IMG/VR virus record: IMGVR_UViG_3300037478_000646
Span: 1-64,000 of that record
Strand: one strand, 5' to 3'
Origin: a virus
Lineage: Duplodnaviria; Caudoviricetes
Length of the DNA: 64,000 bases
Part shown: positions 47,201-54,525 of the stretch, one piece after another
Position numbering within the stretch: the stretch's first letter is position 1
How the letters are laid out: every line of letters starts with the position of its first letter
Made by a program: the position numbers and the translations under genes
Notes under the pieces: model-generated
The model's database searches: none
Told to the model about the DNA's origin: nothing
Seen by the model: the letters and a program-made list of their open reading frames with translations, nothing else

Positions 47201-50200
47201 CTGCCCGGATCGTCCTGAAGCATTTTCAGGCGATACTGGTTGCTGTCGAGCGCGAACCGCCATTCGCCGTCAAAGCCGCGGAACCAGCCGGTCTGCTCCC
47301 ATACATTGACGGGATCAGCTCCCTGCTCGATCATGGCCTGCGCCTGATCAAGCGCGGTCGTATCGGCGATTGCCGCCTGCTTGCCGGCGAAGTTGAAAAC
47401 GATATTCGGATCGTTCGGATCGAAGGTGCCGCGGTTGCCGATGGCGGATTTGATCTGGGTGGGCTTGAACGCTCCATAAGTTACTTCTCCACCCTCGATC
47501 ATTTTGATGCCGTCAAAATCGAGAATGGAAAAGATCTCATCGATTGCGGCCGTACCGTCCTGCCCGAAACGCATTTCGGGCTCGTACCAGAAATCATGAC
47601 GGCCATAATGCGGTCCGCTTTCTTCACGGCGGCGCGCTTTATGGATAATATCGACCAGATCATTGATGCGCGCCATTTCGGCTTCAGGCATCACGCGGCC
47701 TTGCCCGGCTGCCTGCTCGACCATGGCGTCAACCATTTGCCTGACCGTCACCGTACGCGGCAATCCCATGTCGGCATCAAATGGGCGTTCGATCTTCATG
47801 TAAAGAGGGAGAATATTACCGCCGCCGTCCCTGTCATAATTGCGCATGGCGGCATAGTCGGCAGGCAGTTCGATCCCGGTGCTAGCCCATGTAATGCCCT
47901 GAAAAATCCTGATGTCTTCAGCCGTCCCATGATAGACGATCAGCGGCCGCCCATTCTCGTCAACCACCACGGAATCCCCGAACCAGCGCTTGAACGCTTC
48001 GGACTGCGTGATCGGCGTCACACCTTCGGCATTCAGCAGGATGTTCGGCGCGATCTGCGTCAGCGTAATCCGGTCCTGTATCTGCACCTGCACGCGCTTG
48101 CCGGCCTGTCCCAGAACCTGGGATGTCGCGCGCTGTATGGCATCGTCAAGCTCGTTGACGATCGTTTCGTCCGTCAGCGGCTCCTGCTCCTGCATGAAGG
48201 CTGATGACCGCCCGGCTGACGCCCGTGCGCGCGCCCAGCCGTCGTACAGGCTGCTGAACCTCTGCTGCACTGCCTGTGCGGCCCTGGCTCGCGAACGACG
48301 ATCCGCGGAGGGCAGGCCGCCCATGAAGTCCACCGCTACATTGATCGCTTCGCGAGCGGGCAGGCGCTGCAATTCGGCGACGATCTCACGGCTTTCCGCC
48401 AGCCATGCATTCATATCGCCATTACGATCGCCGCGATGGAACAGCGCATTCAGATTGTCGGCAATGATCTCGGCTTCCGGCGACAGGCTTTCCACCGGCT
48501 CGACAATTGTCTGCGGGGCGGGTGCGGCGGCTTGCTGCTGCGCGGCAACGATCTTGCTGGCGATCTGGTGCTTGTTGTCCCGCGACTTGACCTGCACGCC
48601 GCGCTCGCGCGCCAGATTGGCCAGGTCCGGCTTCTTCATGCGCATCAGCGAGCTGACGGTTTCCGTCTGTGCGGCTGGCGCTGCGGCAGCAGTCGGTGCG
48701 GCTGTACTGGCTTGCGACGCTGGCGCGGCAGTTGGCTGACTGACCGGCAGACGCCCACCGCGCAGCATGGCTTTGGCCTGTGCGATCTGCTCCGGCGATG
48801 CTTGTCCGAATTCTGTTGGCGCGATATAATCATCGCCATACCGGCTTTGCTCGAAAATCGACCTGGTCGAACCGTCCGGCTTGAAGCGCTCTTTGAAATC
48901 GTTGAGAATATTTTCCTTCGTACCGGCTGTCGAAATGCCGGTCTGGCGCGCGACTTCCTTCAATTCTGTCATGTTCAGCGCCGGCAGCGCATCATAGGCA
49001 ACGGGAAGCGTATTGCGGATCTGTGATGTCTGACGCGCCGGCCGGGCCGCTGCTTCACGCTTCTGCCGTTTCGGCATCGCCGCCAGCAGCTCATCCAGTC
49101 CGCCGATCAGATCCGGCGCCTGTTCGCTGACGATCTCGCGGAGCCGCGCTGTCTGTTCGTCGGTCAGGCCGCGTTTGGCCATCATGGATGCGACCTCGGC
49201 GATATTGTCGCCGCGCAGCGTCATTTCCTCGATGACGTCAAGCGTATCTTCGCCGGTCCGCACGCGTTCGATGATCTCGGCGCGATGATCGCGCGGCATG
49301 CGCAGATACAGATCGCGAAATCCCGTATCGCCATATTCCTGATCGGCCGCTTCGATGTCCGGCAGCACCATGATCTGCTCATCATGCGCCAGATTGGTTT
49401 CGTAAACGCGCTGATCCTCGGCTTCAAACGCAGCCGTGTCCTGTTCCTGCTGGTCCGCTGGCACGATCCGTTCGCCGGAGATCGCGCGCTGCACCAGATC
49501 GAAGACGTCTTCAGGCGTCGTCACAGCAGGCTGGTCCGGCCCGCTCTCTTCCAGATAGCCGGCTTCAACCAGCTGCTCGCGCATCTGATCGGCGCTCAGT
49601 CCTTTCTGATTGATCAGCCCCGGATAGCGATCGGCGTCCAGCCCGGCCAGTTCGCCGGATGGTTTCAAGCCGCCTTTGGATCGAACGAATTGGAGAACGT
49701 CCGCGCCGCGCTGCTTCCGGCTTTCGGCGTAGGTCGGAGCCTGCACGATCTCTTCCGGCGCGGCGGCTTGCTGATCCGCGCCCAGCCGCTCTTCCATGGC
49801 CGTCGTGCGGATTGGCTGCATCCGGAAGAACTCGGCGAATGGATCGAGATCTTCCTTGGTTTCCTGCACGACCTGATCGCGCGTGCGCGGGCGGGTAAAC
49901 TCCTGGCTGACGCCGCCGACCGTGCCGAACCCCGTGCCGCCGACCATGCCGGCCATGGCGGCTTCGCCGATCCGCTCGCGCTGCGCGACAATGCCGTCCT
50001 TGGCGTTGCGCATGATCTCGACGAAAGACTGCTCGCCCTGCGCCGCCGACGTGCTGGCGATAATGATCGTTTCTTGCAACGCTTCCGTAATGCCCTCACG
50101 GGTTGCGCCCTTGGCCATCTCGGCCCCGACGCGGCGGATCATGTATTTCGCCATCTCGCGCTTGGCGTTGCCGGTCAGCTTCTGCATGATCGAGACGGGG

Positions 50201-51288
50201 ACCAGCGCATCGAGCGCGCCGACCATCGAACCTGCGATGTAGGAATATTTTTCCAGCATCTTCGGATCGGTGACGCCGACGGCTTCCAGCTCGTTGCGCA
50301 CCTCGCCGATGCCCATGCTCATCGCGGCGAGCCCCGCGCCGGGAATGCCGCCGATCGCGCCGCCGGCAATGATGCCCGTCGTCGATCCGCCCGCCTCGCC
50401 AAGCTTGGCCCAGAAATAGTCCATGAAGTCGTTGAAGGATTCAACGTCGCCGAACTGGTTGACCCGCGGCGGCGCGACCTTGGCGCGTTCCAGCTCGGAC
50501 AGGTACTGGACGAATTCACCGATCCGGCCCAGCGTTTCGGATTCGCTGGTCTCGCCATACTGGCGCAGCGCGCCGCCAAGCATCGACGTCGCGCCCAGCG
50601 TGCCCTGTGTGAAGCCCTTCGAGATCTCGGTCAGCCCCTTGCTGCGCTCGGCGATCTGCTCCTTGTTCTGCGTCTTCTCGGCTTCGATGAACGCGCCCAG
50701 CTCCTGCGAATAGCCGTTCTGCACCTTCTGGCCGCGGGCATAGAGTTCACGGATCGTGTCATCTTCGCTGACGACGGTGATCGCGTCACGGCTGTCCTCA
50801 TCGGATTTCTGCTGTGCATCGCGCTGCTTCAGGCGCTCGAATAGCCCCTGAAACATCATGTCGCCGGTCAGGTCGTCGACAAGCGTTTTTGTGCGCGGCG
50901 CGGAACCCGAGCCGGCCGGCGCGGTTTCTGCATGCTGGTCGTACTGGTCGAAATAGTTCACGCCCTGCGATTCAAGCAGGTTTTCAGGCTGCTGCGGCGT
51001 GCGCGCGCTGATATCTTCTGGATAGGGCGTAAAGCTGCCGTCGCCCTGCGGATCGAGCGCCCATGGATAGTTCGGATCTTTCACGTCGCCGTCGCGGAAC
51101 CGCAGTTCGCCTGTCTGCATCTGCTTGCGATAGTCCAGATCGTCCGGATTTTCCGTCGGTCCCCAGTTCTCGAAGTTCTTGCGCAAATTTCGGCTCTTGT
51201 CGATCGGAGGCTGGATAATGCGACGGCGCTGTTCTTCCGGCGTCAGCTCGGGATCGTCTTCGATTTTCAGATTGGGGAATGTTGGCAT
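38230..51288 (-). CDS. Giant polyvalent ejection/internal virion protein (4352 aa)
   Basis: ART-like modules (VVDENGRPLIVYHGT; FHGSPHDFDRF...GTGEGAQAFGHGLYFAE); LPD23-like EQTGWFRGFDGEWRF; three HExxH motifs (HEIQH, HESLH, HEGGH); GNAT-like DIASVEV...GRGAF; LPD38-like C-terminus (FFNAALQG, RIPKPFE). Confidence 0.9.
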   Translation of the reverse strand: MPTFPNLKIEDDPELTPEEQRRRIIQPPIDKSRNLRKNFENWGPTENPDDLDYRKQMQTGELRFRDGDVKDPNYPWALDPQGDGSFTPYPEDISARTPQQPENLLESQGVNYFDQYDQHAETAPAGSGSAPRTKTLVDDLTGDMMFQGLFERLKQRDAQQKSDEDSRDAITVVSEDDTIRELYARGQKVQNGYSQELGAFIEAEKTQNKEQIAERSKGLTEISKGFTQGTLGATSMLGGALRQYGETSESETLGRIGEFVQYLSELERAKVAPPRVNQFGDVESFNDFMDYFWAKLGEAGGSTTGIIAGGAIGGIPGAGLAAMSMGIGEVRNELEAVGVTDPKMLEKYSYIAGSMVGALDALVPVSIMQKLTGNAKREMAKYMIRRVGAEMAKGATREGITEALQETIIIASTSAAQGEQSFVEIMRNAKDGIVAQRERIGEAAMAGMVGGTGFGTVGGVSQEFTRPRTRDQVVQETKEDLDPFAEFFRMQPIRTTAMEERLGADQQAAAPEEIVQAPTYAESRKQRGADVLQFVRSKGGLKPSGELAGLDADRYPGLINQKGLSADQMREQLVEAGYLEESGPDQPAVTTPEDVFDLVQRAISGERIVPADQQEQDTAAFEAEDQRVYETNLAHDEQIMVLPDIEAADQEYGDTGFRDLYLRMPRDHRAEIIERVRTGEDTLDVIEEMTLRGDNIAEVASMMAKRGLTDEQTARLREIVSEQAPDLIGGLDELLAAMPKRQKREAAARPARQTSQIRNTLPVAYDALPALNMTELKEVARQTGISTAGTKENILNDFKERFKPDGSTRSIFEQSRYGDDYIAPTEFGQASPEQIAQAKAMLRGGRLPVSQPTAAPASQASTAAPTAAAAPAAQTETVSSLMRMKKPDLANLARERGVQVKSRDNKHQIASKIVAAQQQAAAPAPQTIVEPVESLSPEAEIIADNLNALFHRGDRNGDMNAWLAESREIVAELQRLPAREAINVAVDFMGGLPSADRRSRARAAQAVQQRFSSLYDGWARARASAGRSSAFMQEQEPLTDETIVNELDDAIQRATSQVLGQAGKRVQVQIQDRITLTQIAPNILLNAEGVTPITQSEAFKRWFGDSVVVDENGRPLIVYHGTAEDIRIFQGITWASTGIELPADYAAMRNYDRDGGGNILPLYMKIERPFDADMGLPRTVTVRQMVDAMVEQAAGQGRVMPEAEMARINDLVDIIHKARRREESGPHYGRHDFWYEPEMRFGQDGTAAIDEIFSILDFDGIKMIEGGEVTYGAFKPTQIKSAIGNRGTFDPNDPNIVFNFAGKQAAIADTTALDQAQAMIEQGADPVNVWEQTGWFRGFDGEWRFALDSNQYRLKMLQDDPGSETEFGFLFHRFMMEGRGDPERRVAAMEEFFAEGGRTNLSEAELQRMKGLLRNRKNGLRYRTVRAVFGEGTESYYSFNGTLGELLRAPQLFAAYPFMENLPVSIQQAEFGGPSGSASRMGIKVNATDDINALFDTLVHEIQHFIQDYEGFAPGGNEAIYTVRLEAALFEINHQIANARPGSNIVGELEKIRDALTEQKNFIDKGISGFAVTNTERDAYERIAGEAEARLAEKWRTLSPEARRQSYPPEMEDIDRSQQWDPRQVVGLRPKHLDVIRSAVRAGMKDWPDMTVQTLGSMPVTRYLGVSISDIPGHRSNVHVSLEYTETDIIKKIQEYGAEALRSALVPKVMEFREAAEAHLDLRRRAPDSPRNLEGQARGYVRMADATETVIKLLDGIIEQHPEVAAKPGYDAVRLDPEKLIDAYDGKTYTMDDVLRLIERMQGLILRLGEDGKIEADTADWIASDMESHGVAYLQNDVRPFDEQTFQAIRNADPALYEETVLAESYVRYKSIQDAIFGGLGINGEQLSLTPQGLADWQTQLTDFLKSGRRNAWINGEGFRVYVRRAVHPSPHSNVMLNTLDIASVEVEQTGRGAFRRMLEASRDIAIADGLEALYVENVQTERFADFFRRNKWIELPDTGGGPSFMETLSPRRRGFFSVPTMLSIRGFHGSPHDFDRFSMDRIGTGEGAQAFGHGLYFAENEMVAGTYRDNLSAQTMTINGYPFQPRNHAITQIVGRNLSDLKAARQGLAQYAEQGADNPYSDINDAYRIIDAIDDGIFDVGTQGALYEVEIDVEPEQLLDWDLPLSKQSEKVKAALQKAASSQRLDHALATDAETLGDLALRPAFRKEGYGGLDTPSRRIMVKAMRSVLNEPEIRQSVVGLIPVDVVDILAGKKLAPEGSLHDESVFLDLFAVDGSDSVPLRIERSASAIVAIADAAAEHASVQSNIERVSEKLSAALRASEFDHVGELLGHLDNREDVSKLLKSQGISGIRYLDQGSRDTGDGTRNIVIFDDSLVKITKKNGEPVSAEERQGAINQMLSLRGFYSPAIRAAEQLKQERGTGEQFWSMISKAPGVRKDELDWMGLREWLTEPTYEDRVIVAAKTYLADESLSTVAQVEQDYDFADENDYVTVAIEAGFASDQIQLDRFTKNEVLAFMRAHQVVLDEKVLGGEASAQPPAMRELSDISGIESNLPDGISIPTGRAWEASFPEDTYHIVEGVTPDGLGDDFTFFDVYDGDWNLVNSAQSLSQAEHFAAGAYAKRSGADEMSTKFSGYKVPGGTNYREFKILLPGWEYSEPHFGGPVLVHFRADDRIGPNGERIFFINEIQATGHQRGRREGYAKSGQNVVEIATKIYDQSDEGAKLPTDIAARIRDHIETNASDADVIAARPALEAAATTLERGMSRTMVRDNLIQTRLLPMPDAPFKGDLWLELALKRALLYASENGYDAVSWARSDQIAKAVGGDAEALSVQYDQKIGSFLKKYTKKWGGRVEEVRLMERSQDQVRPATPSQELLDRWNTLLAEMEPLQELELRPMARREAGFDDAMTRLEGLRNEQDRLHAEMVAEAQREKHAGAFEVNSFLRITDAMRTSLLEGQPLTIRRDPNERQPIIEGYFDREKLLMVIARNALDPIGTAYHESLHALRTMGLFTPGEWNVLKAAARTQGWLDVPEIRDYQRVYGKPATDENIIEEAIAMAFQRYMRGEQQQPGTIVERLFERIRLFYERIRNALMQRGWAAAEDVFADLASGRIGDRDGPFGALVEEIENVTKPMLETAGRMADSPARVAQPGLDRPGQSLATMVRRFNLGLGLTVRQGRLSSALKRQAAAAGRRLGGHYNTVSGVIRLRVLNELDTLAHEGGHALEGRHKGALDAIKQQHAAELTPLASPGPDALSEGFAEWFRRYVTNPAASTRTALRFEQAFEAFLRQNDPRTMKTLTEIRTGYQQWLAAPSAGVIVSNIVSRAGGQMAKFRRIIEDNQVWNTIDAFVERLYTWTIDDLHPIKQTVEGLLAVARKNLNLPNDARLTIKAVNDPYKLMRLARDGYASGHMDLQHGVRPYHELDPAGPSFHEALVTAFGGESRSQWQSEAKDRFDSYLASRRFVREWDRYFNGELDALPDKVKKSEHLQNIAELERAYPGFQQAAQMLYEFQNNMLAKKLAAGLISQEIYDTLLGRPDYVPVLRDRADLGQVHSGVPARPDKQGILRRFRGSQRDVISPLESIVQDTYDTSMIIARNDAIKALDALATAAGPDGGSFAERIPSHEMQGTRVNVQEALQLAAKEAGVDPADLQIMVQAVDGLIGEDAITTIWRAGEVSEKGEAIVYLWEDGKRVPIRLADQQFGKDMLNAILALGQEITPWYVSMLALPATILRTAITASPDFIFANFIRDQVSAWILADEFTPFVSGIRGIYDDKTASDIGRIYSSVGGIMGGANTATLHNARIKQEVLDLRKRRGIYFRDAPVTNILRITEFTETGTRLGVFRKAYDRAQRDGLSKHEAAIEAAYAARDYIDFGRHGSKMLAMRRIIPFFNAALQGLDRGIRGLRGKVNNDRIIRDAISPYIKSRRGQPLSIAERRQLPLAAKVWAKVAAVGLIGAAIWVLHQDDEEYEEFSSYMRATHWIFKVDGEWYRIPKPFELAFFSNLMERTLEYTLKDDPLAMERFVDGLQHIVLPPTDVPGIKVPIELAFNYDSFTERQIVADHLRALPPHLQFNAYASEFGKMLGRQINVSPAHIDHFITGFGASYGRAFLQGTDALTGNYIDPGTATKDVFDAIIGRRFSLEAPRGAQSVGHFWELIGRNTGKFATAANGYKYYINKARDPLAASEYLKSLDDDQKAYAILHATQTGRRNAKYRDLHPLIRAEEVVSIANELRKTLNLNRLEDEDDERITVRPRERRTAMEILANIQMREARNALIAAQVEGWAQKKPLETQPVLDELEAAVPVIHEMFMERMRKAKLPSYEDVRRDWPEIKRRLLEDGENAELSDLYVPELL
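44290..44760 (+). CDS. HNH homing endonuclease nested antisense in the giant gene
   Basis: CPQCG...[45 protein letters not shown], C-terminal HTH [15 protein letters not shown]. Confidence 0.85.
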   Translation: [156 protein letters not shown]

Positions 51289-51293
51289 ATGGG

Positions 51294-53648
51294 TCAGTTT
51301 CCTGTCAGAAATTCTGCGGCAGGCAGGCCATATTTGGCCTCGAATTCACGGGCGAGAGATGGATTGTTTCGCAACGCCATGATGGCTTCGGGCGGGGGCA
51401 TGACCGTGGCTGGAGCCATGCCGTAATTGGCGAATGGATCGAGTGCGGCCGATGGGGATGGCGGGGCATTTGTCAAGCCAAGCTGCGTGAACGGATCGGC
51501 GAACGGCATCATGCTTCGCTGCACAAGCAGCGCCGACGTCGCTTCTTCCGCCGCGCGCACGTCGACCGGGCTGAGCGTGCGGCCGCTCAGCGTTTTCCGG
51601 ATGATGCCGGATGTCACTTCGGAGATGTCCCGATCCTTGATCGCGAGATCGACGATCGAGACCGCAACGGAGCGGGCATAGGGACCGAAATCGCGATCAA
51701 CGTCTGTCAGCATCTGCCGGACCGCTTCCGTCAGCTCCGTGCCGCGGTCGAGTCCCTTGAGCGGCGCGGCCCGCACGCGCGCCTCATCCTTGGTAATCGG
51801 CGTGCGTAGGCCCTTGGGGATGTCGATTGCGGCCTGAGCGTCCAATCTGGCGCGGGCAAGTCGCTGCCAGCTTTCCGGGCTGGCGTTGTCTTCCTCGATG
51901 CCTTGCAGCGCAACCTGCACGTCGGGCAGATCGGCGACGGCCGCGGCCGGATCTTCATCGCGCAGCTTGCGCAGCTCCCTGACGTGCTTGTTCAGCTTGT
52001 CGTAGATCTTGACGCGCTCGGCATAGAGGTCTTCGCTCGGGTCCGGCTCGTTGGCAGCAATGCGCTCTGTCAGCCCGGTATCGGGCAGCGCCTCGATGCC
52101 GTTCATCGCGTTGAACTCGACATGAGCCACACGGCGCTTGAGCAGGTGATCGTTGATCTGGTTCGGGGTCAGCACGCGCGCGGCGGTTTCCAGATCGGGA
52201 TTGCCGCTCTGGCCGGTCAGCCGGATACGCTCGACATCGCCGTCGAGATCGGACTTGATCTCGGACCGCGCGGCCTGCAGATAAGAATTCCGGCTGCGCT
52301 CGGCCGCGACCTTCAGCTCTTCCCGCAGGGATGGCGGCAGTTCGGCATAGCGCCCGCCCGTTCGTGCGGAGAACCGGCCGAGCTTGTCTTCCCAGACATC
52401 CATGAATTCGGCGCTGGTGACGTTCTCGACAATGCCGAATCGATCTTTGACGTCATCGGGAATGTTGTTCCGGATCGCCGCCTTGGCATAGGCTTCGCCG
52501 TCGGCATAGCCGCGCTTGCGCGCCGCGGCATCAGTGTAATATTGCCGGATGTTTTCCCAGGCCACCTTGCCGGGATTGGCGATATGCGCGGCATAGCCGG
52601 CCTCGCCCTGCTGATGGATCAGGTAAAGATCGCGCAGCGTCGGCGCCTGGCCGTATTTCTGTTCGTATTCGGCCGCCTCGGCGCTCAGCTTGCGCGCGGC
52701 CGCCATGGCATTGTCGACCGGATCGAAGATATCACCGCCCTTCGGGCCATACTTCTTGAATTCCTCTTCCGACAGCTGATACAGCCCGTGATACGAGCCC
52801 TTGCCCTTTGCCGATGTCAGCTTCGGATCGCCGGAGCTCTCAACGCGCGCAAAGACCTGCATCCATGTCGCGTTGATGCCGGTCTCGGCGACGGCCGCAT
52901 CGATTGCGCCCTGCACGTCTTCGGGAAAGGCCATGTCGAACCCGGCGCCTGGCTTTTCGATTTCCTTCAGATAGCCGTCCGGATCGATTTTCGCCCGCGT
53001 GCGCGCCTCGCCCTCGATAGCGCCTTGCCGGTAGCGTTCGCGCAGCGCGCGCGCGGCGTTCGGCGCGACGATGCCAGAGCGCTCGCCAAGCGTGATGATA
53101 TTGTCAATGGACTGCAGCGCCCGGTCGCGCTCGTCCTGCGTGGCGTCCGGATCCTCGTAAAAATCCTTGTAGCGATCGAGCTTGTCCTGCAGCTCGGTGA
53201 CAGCCACGCTCTTGCGATGCCTGTCGCTCCGCTCGATCACCTGCGAGCGCGCCGAATCGGACTGGTTAAGCGCCTTCAGTCGCCACAGCTCACGCTTTTT
53301 CGGATCGCTGATGCCGGATGCCGTGCTATCTGTCAGCGCGCCGGCATCGCCGCCGAAACGATCGCCATGCGTGGCATAGTCAGGATCATTATCATATTTG
53401 CGGTTGAGGCTGCGCAGTCCGGTATCGAGATCCAGCTCGGCCTTGGCCAGCTCCAGCGCATCGCGCTCCCTTTTCTCCTGCTCTTCACGTGCCGCGAGAA
53501 CGTCGCCCGTGCCGATGATGGCTCCGGCCAAATTCTGAACGCCCTTGAAGCGCGCACTGGCGTCGACATCTCCGGCAGACAGGCGTGGACGCCCCGAGCG
53601 CAGGCTGGCGGGAGAACTCAGATTGTCACGTGTAGGAAATTTTGGCAT
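51294..53648 (-). CDS. Internal virion/ejection protein with lytic transglycosylase domain
   Basis: FARVESSG...YHGLYQL...IFDPVDNAMAAAR...YLIHQQG. Confidence 0.8.
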   Translation of the reverse strand: MPKFPTRDNLSSPASLRSGRPRLSAGDVDASARFKGVQNLAGAIIGTGDVLAAREEQEKRERDALELAKAELDLDTGLRSLNRKYDNDPDYATHGDRFGGDAGALTDSTASGISDPKKRELWRLKALNQSDSARSQVIERSDRHRKSVAVTELQDKLDRYKDFYEDPDATQDERDRALQSIDNIITLGERSGIVAPNAARALRERYRQGAIEGEARTRAKIDPDGYLKEIEKPGAGFDMAFPEDVQGAIDAAVAETGINATWMQVFARVESSGDPKLTSAKGKGSYHGLYQLSEEEFKKYGPKGGDIFDPVDNAMAAARKLSAEAAEYEQKYGQAPTLRDLYLIHQQGEAGYAAHIANPGKVAWENIRQYYTDAAARKRGYADGEAYAKAAIRNNIPDDVKDRFGIVENVTSAEFMDVWEDKLGRFSARTGGRYAELPPSLREELKVAAERSRNSYLQAARSEIKSDLDGDVERIRLTGQSGNPDLETAARVLTPNQINDHLLKRRVAHVEFNAMNGIEALPDTGLTERIAANEPDPSEDLYAERVKIYDKLNKHVRELRKLRDEDPAAAVADLPDVQVALQGIEEDNASPESWQRLARARLDAQAAIDIPKGLRTPITKDEARVRAAPLKGLDRGTELTEAVRQMLTDVDRDFGPYARSVAVSIVDLAIKDRDISEVTSGIIRKTLSGRTLSPVDVRAAEEATSALLVQRSMMPFADPFTQLGLTNAPPSPSAALDPFANYGMAPATVMPPPEAIMALRNNPSLAREFEAKYGLPAAEFLTGN

Positions 53649-54106
53649 TAACCGTATCCATACGCCTTATTGAACCCGCTCACGCCTGTAGCGATCGCGT
53701 CGAAGATGGAACCAGATTTGGCCTGTTTGCCGCGGAACCGTGACGCCGCCGCCTTGTCGTCGTAGCCTGCCTTGCGACTCTTGCCGCCATACAGCGAAGT
53801 CTGGGCCAGGTACTCGCCGCGCTCGGCCGTATCTTCAAGGATGTCGACGACCGTCGGATTGGTCACGCCCGCGCCGGACCCGGCTGCAATAGCAATTGCG
53901 CGCGATTGCGCCAACTGCGATTCGCGGCGCTTCTCCTGTGCCTCGCGCTGGGATGCGGCAAGCTCTTCCTTGCCCTGCGCTTCCTCGTTCCGCGCCTGCA
54001 TGTTGAGCGCGGCCTCTTCATACCGGCCCTGCTGGATTCGGCTGATGACGCTGAGACCGGTTCCGGCTATTGCCAAGATAGGTACTATTCCTGCCATCTC
54101 TTCCAC
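53648..54106 (-). CDS. Small internal virion protein (T7 gp14-like position)
   Basis: Gly/Ala-rich amphipathic ends, A.A.GSGAG motif; position in the ejection cluster. Confidence 0.7.
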   Translation of the reverse strand: MEEMAGIVPILAIAGTGLSVISRIQQGRYEEAALNMQARNEEAQGKEELAASQREAQEKRRESQLAQSRAIAIAAGSGAGVTNPTVVDILEDTAERGEYLAQTSLYGGKSRKAGYDDKAAASRFRGKQAKSGSIFDAIATGVSGFNKAYGYG

Positions 54107-54525
54107 ACCCTCAATTTCGTGCCAGTCCTGTAGGGATTTGCCGCCAGCTCATCTGTCGGCTCGAATTTCAGAATACGCATGATGCGCGCGGCTTCCGGGA
54201 ACCGGTCATCGTGATGCGCATAGAGGTCACCGTCGAACGTGCGCAGATAGGCATCGATCGCCTTGATGATCCGTGCACCGAACACGCGCGCTTCCGGCTT
54301 GACGTCGAAAAACGCCAGCCAGCGGCCGATCTCCGCATCGAAGATCGATCCGAATGTCGAGGGATCCCGCCAGACGCCGGCGATCGCAACAACCCGGCCA
54401 TCCGCCTCGCCATAAAAGGCATCACGGATTTCGCGGCGCCAATAGCTCCGCTCGCCATAGAACTGTCCGAAGATTTCCTTGTCGGCCGGCCCTATGTGCA
54501 GCCGCAGATCATTGCGGATTAGCAT
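54085..54525 (-). CDS. Virion assembly protein (T7 gp13-like position, GNAT-like)
   Basis: Position between tail tube B and ejection proteins; VVAIAGV, RIMRILKF pattern. Confidence 0.5.
   Translation of the reverse strand: MLIRNDLRLHIGPADKEIFGQFYGERSYWRREIRDAFYGEADGRVVAIAGVWRDPSTFGSIFDAEIGRWLAFFDVKPEARVFGARIIKAIDAYLRTFDGDLYAHHDDRFPEAARIMRILKFEPTDELAANPYRTGTKLRVWKRWQE

Noticed and set aside
46132-48204. Long plus-strand ORFs opposite real genes (also 1366..2541, 2529..3545, 14478..15854, 36937..38160, 38374..39579, 49285..50844, 51903..53651, 60490..61725, 62248..63327)
   Set aside because: Typical antisense shadows of high-GC coding sequence with no recognisable motifs, unlike the HNH ORF at 44290
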